Shown: one piece after another, positions 62,301-64,000 of the stretch
Position numbering within the stretch: position 1 is the stretch's first letter
How the letters are laid out: each line of letters opens with the position of its first letter
Assembly: GCA_016284355.1 (NCBI GenBank)
Contig: JAEEOQ010000099.1
Location: forward strand, 181 to 64,180
Origin: Lachnospiraceae bacterium
Lineage (GTDB): Bacteria > Bacillota > Clostridia > Lachnospirales > Lachnospiraceae
DNA length: 64,000 nt
Reading direction: 5' to 3'
Position numbers and translations under genes: made by a program
Notes under the pieces: generated by a model
The model's input: the letters and a program-made list of their open reading frames with translations, nothing else
Told to the model about the DNA's origin: nothing
The model's database searches: none

Positions 62301-62636
62301 GGCAAGGTCGAGGATGGTAATAAAGATAAATCCGATATTTAAAATCTTGGATATTTTTAATGACTTGTAAAAAGAACCGATAAATCTGATGAAAAAAACA
62401 TAAAACAGCGGGTTGCCCACAAACATTATCTTGTAAAGGGCCATGGCTTCGAAATAGGTTCTTGACTGGAGCAGGAGCATATAGCCCGCATTCATGACAA
62501 GTGCCCCCACATTGGTCACCATAAGGCACATGGTTGTCTTGTCCTGCTCTCTGAAATAAAGCAGAACTATAGCCACAAGCGGAATGATCATGCCTATCGC
62601 AGTTAAAATAAACACCAGCCAATAACCTATATTCAT
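59241..62636 (-). CDS. Hybrid sensor histidine kinase (multi-TM sensor, PAS-like, HisKA, HATPase_c, REC, Hpt)
   Basis: H-box (SHEIRTPMNAI), N/G boxes (DTGTGI, GTGLGLSI), REC (VLVVDDNEMN ... DHMMPVMDG ... KP) and Hpt (HALKNTARMIGA). I place the start at MNIGYW (ATG 62636) with an AGGAGG RBS. Confidence 0.9.
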   Translation of the reverse strand: MNIGYWLVFILTAIGMIIPLVAIVLLYFREQDKTTMCLMVTNVGALVMNAGYMLLLQSRTYFEAMALYKIMFVGNPLFYVFFIRFIGSFYKSLKISKILNIGFIFITILDLATVGAVWSNNENGYRDIEYRLRNGSGNTVISEEQSEDETQDQSITEEQAGTDGNATQEPPESREFVSSRANGYVYMHVKGGALYNIRYMVLSGVLFLFLLGDIIGFIRIKDRQERKRMAYVFVTLILVLGSTLTTLFANLTYDLVPLFSSVTVLVLILGVVKGNILDVSALGKLWILKQYEDIFVIVDNKYRLIECNNYAKEAFAELRDAIPGKAIGGEIKRIIEEGAGEYEWNDKKFVCRSSPIDINEKMVGHSLLLMDMTDEVKLRERLREEKQKAIDANEAKTNFMSSISHEIRTPMNAIVGMTEILLRRKQDEYNTEYLNNIKNSGNALLSLINDILDFSKIESGKFEIVDDEYEPMSMFNDLSMIFLNRIGEKPLELLFDIDPALPRKLYGDAGRIRQVLVNIVNNAIKYTDEGIVMLSVRCEMRPDGKLNIICRVSDTGTGIREEDIDKLFDAFSQVDLKKNKNKEGTGLGLSIAKQLVEAMGGTISVESEYGKGSTFTFNFVQGVVNKEPAAEIHGNKKVSAGGLMSSKENTHVLKKLCKDFDLEYVSRNDILEGRKIPQFLFVENKLLNGEGKEAEELGVLVGNLNKTDCEVIILYDPMVETVASSEYTLLNKPLYSLNFAQAINHEVLSFESKQEFILNFKAPKAKVLVVDDNEMNRKVALGLMAPLQMQIDTANDGKQAVEKIMKNDYDIVFMDHMMPVMDGIEATKAIRGLEEEKYKKLPIVALTANAVSSARESFNEAGMNGFLAKPINTKELCKTIKKLLPEGLIEAAEEIREEEVLEKDLPVIEGLDVKAGVENSGGLKLFTSLLADFYKLIDIKTTKIEKCLADGDIRDYTIEVHALKNTARMIGALELSDMFHSLEDAGNAEDMETIERDTGKTLKLYNSYKQVLKPYAESENKNKENAGDEEIEEVLLAIKEAMESFDLDSADAALKRLEEIRMPEAISEHAEKLSALVADVAMEDVISLCDNMISILKEEKNVERSKEYTDNSGPGRVHNGVDKKQVRGKGL

Positions 62637-62677
62637 AAGCGCCTCCTTTGGCAATGCCAAAAACACACCTAAAGCAG

Positions 62678-63484
62678 CTAGATCTGATGAATGTCGATCT
62701 GTTTGAACGGAATGGAGAATCCGTTTTTGTCAAATTCTGTCTTAACCTGCTCTAACAGGTCAAAATATACGTCCCAGTAATCATCTGCATTAACCCAGAC
62801 AAAGAAATTATAATCAAGGGAACTGTCGTTATGTTTGTTAAGTCTTACAAGAGGGGCAGGGTCTGCAAGAACCTTCGGATGCTCTGCCGCTATGGTTGTA
62901 AGAAGCTTCTTTACTTCTTCTATATTGTCATTATACGAAGCTGAAACCGTAAGGTCTACTCGCCTTGTAGAGTTTGCACTGTAGTTGATTATCTTTGAAT
63001 TGGTAATGGTACCGTTTGGAATGGTTATCACCTTATTGTCCTTTGTAGTAAGGATGGTGTAGATAACCGTTATGTCCTTAACTGTTCCGCTTACGCCGTC
63101 ATTTTCAATAAAGTCCCCAACCTTAAATGGCTTAAACAAAAGTATAAGCAGGCCTCCGGCAAAGTTTGAGAGGGCTCCCTGAAGTGCAAGGCCTATCGCC
63201 ACGCCTGCCGAGGTAAATACCGTAATAAATGATGCTGTCGGCACGCCCCAAAGGATGGCTACGCTTGAGATAACCAGGGCATAGAGCACAACCTTAAGGA
63301 AACTCCTTATAAAGCTTTGTATACTTTTATCAAGCTTTGCAAAGCCCTTGCCTTTTCCTATTTTGCCAATAATGAACTTTGAAAGCTTGATCCCAACTAT
63401 AAGGATCACTACTCCAAGAACAATATTAACTCCTGCATGTGTAACATAATCTACAAGATTTGACCACATTTTTTCCATGTTCAT
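62678..63484 (-). CDS. Mechanosensitive ion channel (MscS family)
   Basis: Three TM segments followed by an MscS beta-domain signature (FKVGDFIENDGVSGTVKDITVIYTIL). The start is uncertain: MNMEKMW at 63484 has an AAGGGGA RBS, while the track ORF extends to 63505. Confidence 0.85.
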   Translation of the reverse strand: MNMEKMWSNLVDYVTHAGVNIVLGVVILIVGIKLSKFIIGKIGKGKGFAKLDKSIQSFIRSFLKVVLYALVISSVAILWGVPTASFITVFTSAGVAIGLALQGALSNFAGGLLILLFKPFKVGDFIENDGVSGTVKDITVIYTILTTKDNKVITIPNGTITNSKIINYSANSTRRVDLTVSASYNDNIEEVKKLLTTIAAEHPKVLADPAPLVRLNKHNDSSLDYNFFVWVNADDYWDVYFDLLEQVKTEFDKNGFSIPFKQIDIHQI

Positions 63485-63568
63485 GAGAAACATCCCCTTT
63501 TTCATTTATAGATTAAGTATAATTATTTTTAATGAAAAACGCAAAATATTTTTGAGTGACAGTCTTAT

Positions 63569-63700
63569 ATCTTGATCTGCTTAACCAACCAAAATCTGCC
63601 GCAGGCTGCATGTCAACCCCTTAGCCGCGGTGCGGTGCGCTATGCGCAGGGTTGACACTCGGCCTACGGCAGATAAATTAGCACTTAAGCAGATCAAGAT
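63569..63700. repeat. Nested-hairpin element of about 135 bp, copy 2
   Basis: Outer 16-bp stem (ATCTTGATCTGCTTAA / TTAAGCAGATCAAGAT), middle 12-bp stem (ATCTGCCGCAGG / CCTACGGCAGAT, 1 mismatch) and inner stem (TGTCAACCC / GGGTTGACA), with a TGCGC-TAT-GCGCA tip. Confidence 0.75.
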
Positions 63701-63760
63701 TATAATTGCGCAATCTGCGCCCACTTCAACAAGATTGAGTTTGGAAACGATTTTAGGTCG

Positions 63761-63949
63761 TTTGTGACTGAATTAGACGATTCGAGGCATTACAGTCACA
63801 AAAACCAGACGAAATAGAAAGAAAACTGCGCTGTTTGTGACTCAATCACTCATTTTTTGCAGTTTCAGTCACAAAACTTTCTTATAACGAAGCTAAACAG
63901 ACATATTTTTGTGCCTTATAGGCCTGATTTTATCATTTTCAGTCACAAA
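63761..63949. repeat. Array of five exact GTCACAAA / TTTGTGAC octamers in alternating orientation
   Basis: The copies are at about 63761 (rev), 63795 (fwd), 63834 (rev), 63868 (fwd) and 63942 (fwd). The first two pairs can form 9-10 bp stems with a 34-nt arm-to-arm offset. A near-copy TTTGTGCC is at about 63908. Confidence 0.6.
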
Positions 63950-64000
63950 TGAGCTTCTGATGTATACCAAATGAAGCTTTATTATGTGCCTATAGTTGCT

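Overview
This looks like a chromosomal segment from a low-to-moderate GC anaerobic Firmicute. The family guess (Clostridia, Lachnospiraceae-like) is inference from gene content only. Most genes are on the minus strand.

Gene content in order:
- 1-3811: rnfC-D-G-E operon, followed by a partial gene for an FMN-binding protein.
- 4067-4681: TetR regulator.
- 4723-10627: nine-gene operon, the most unusual region (described below).
- 12056-12705: six tRNA genes.
- 12844-26757: housekeeping and envelope genes. These are a YfcE-like phosphoesterase, RdgB, an amidase, an alpha/beta hydrolase, a Big_2 protein, a patatin-like lipase, two paralogous transglutaminase-like secreted proteins, an MFS transporter, a formamidase-family protein and AzlCD.
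- 26978-31736: block of GNAT and methyltransferase genes.
- 31781-37190: NUDIX hydrolase, a 993-aa PLD-helicase-DUF3427 protein and an AbiEi/AbiEii module.
- 37357-38847: small Cys-rich protein, flavodoxin and a YgjP-like peptidase.
- 39459-49715: PutP, then a YesN/YesM-type two-component system with a sugar ABC transporter and a GH127 enzyme.
- 49720-54750: teichoic-acid-like cluster (TagD, TagH, TagG, TagF-like).
- 54769-56992: cdaA-cdaR.
- 56967-63484: two membrane proteins, a hybrid histidine kinase with a response regulator, and an MscS channel.

The 4723-10627 operon couples TatA/TatC to a radical SAM/SPASM maturase and a 228-aa protein carrying 31 cysteines in C-x2-C / C-x3-C repeats. 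It also encodes a small protein with a Tat-type signal, a long coiled-coil surface protein and three proteins of unknown family.

Several intergenic repeat families are present:
- a 64-bp palindromic element, four copies;
- a hairpin element of about 135 bp, two copies;
- a 90-bp unit duplicated with a 154-bp period;
- an array of the 8-mer GTCACAAA;
- duplicated terminator hairpins flanking the AbiE cassette.

I saw no rRNA, CRISPR array, transposase or integrase.

CDS coordinates follow the supplied ORF track, adjusted where a ribosome-binding site or a neighbouring gene argues for another start. Coordinates I counted by hand (tRNAs, repeats, promoters, terminators) may be off by 1-2 nt.
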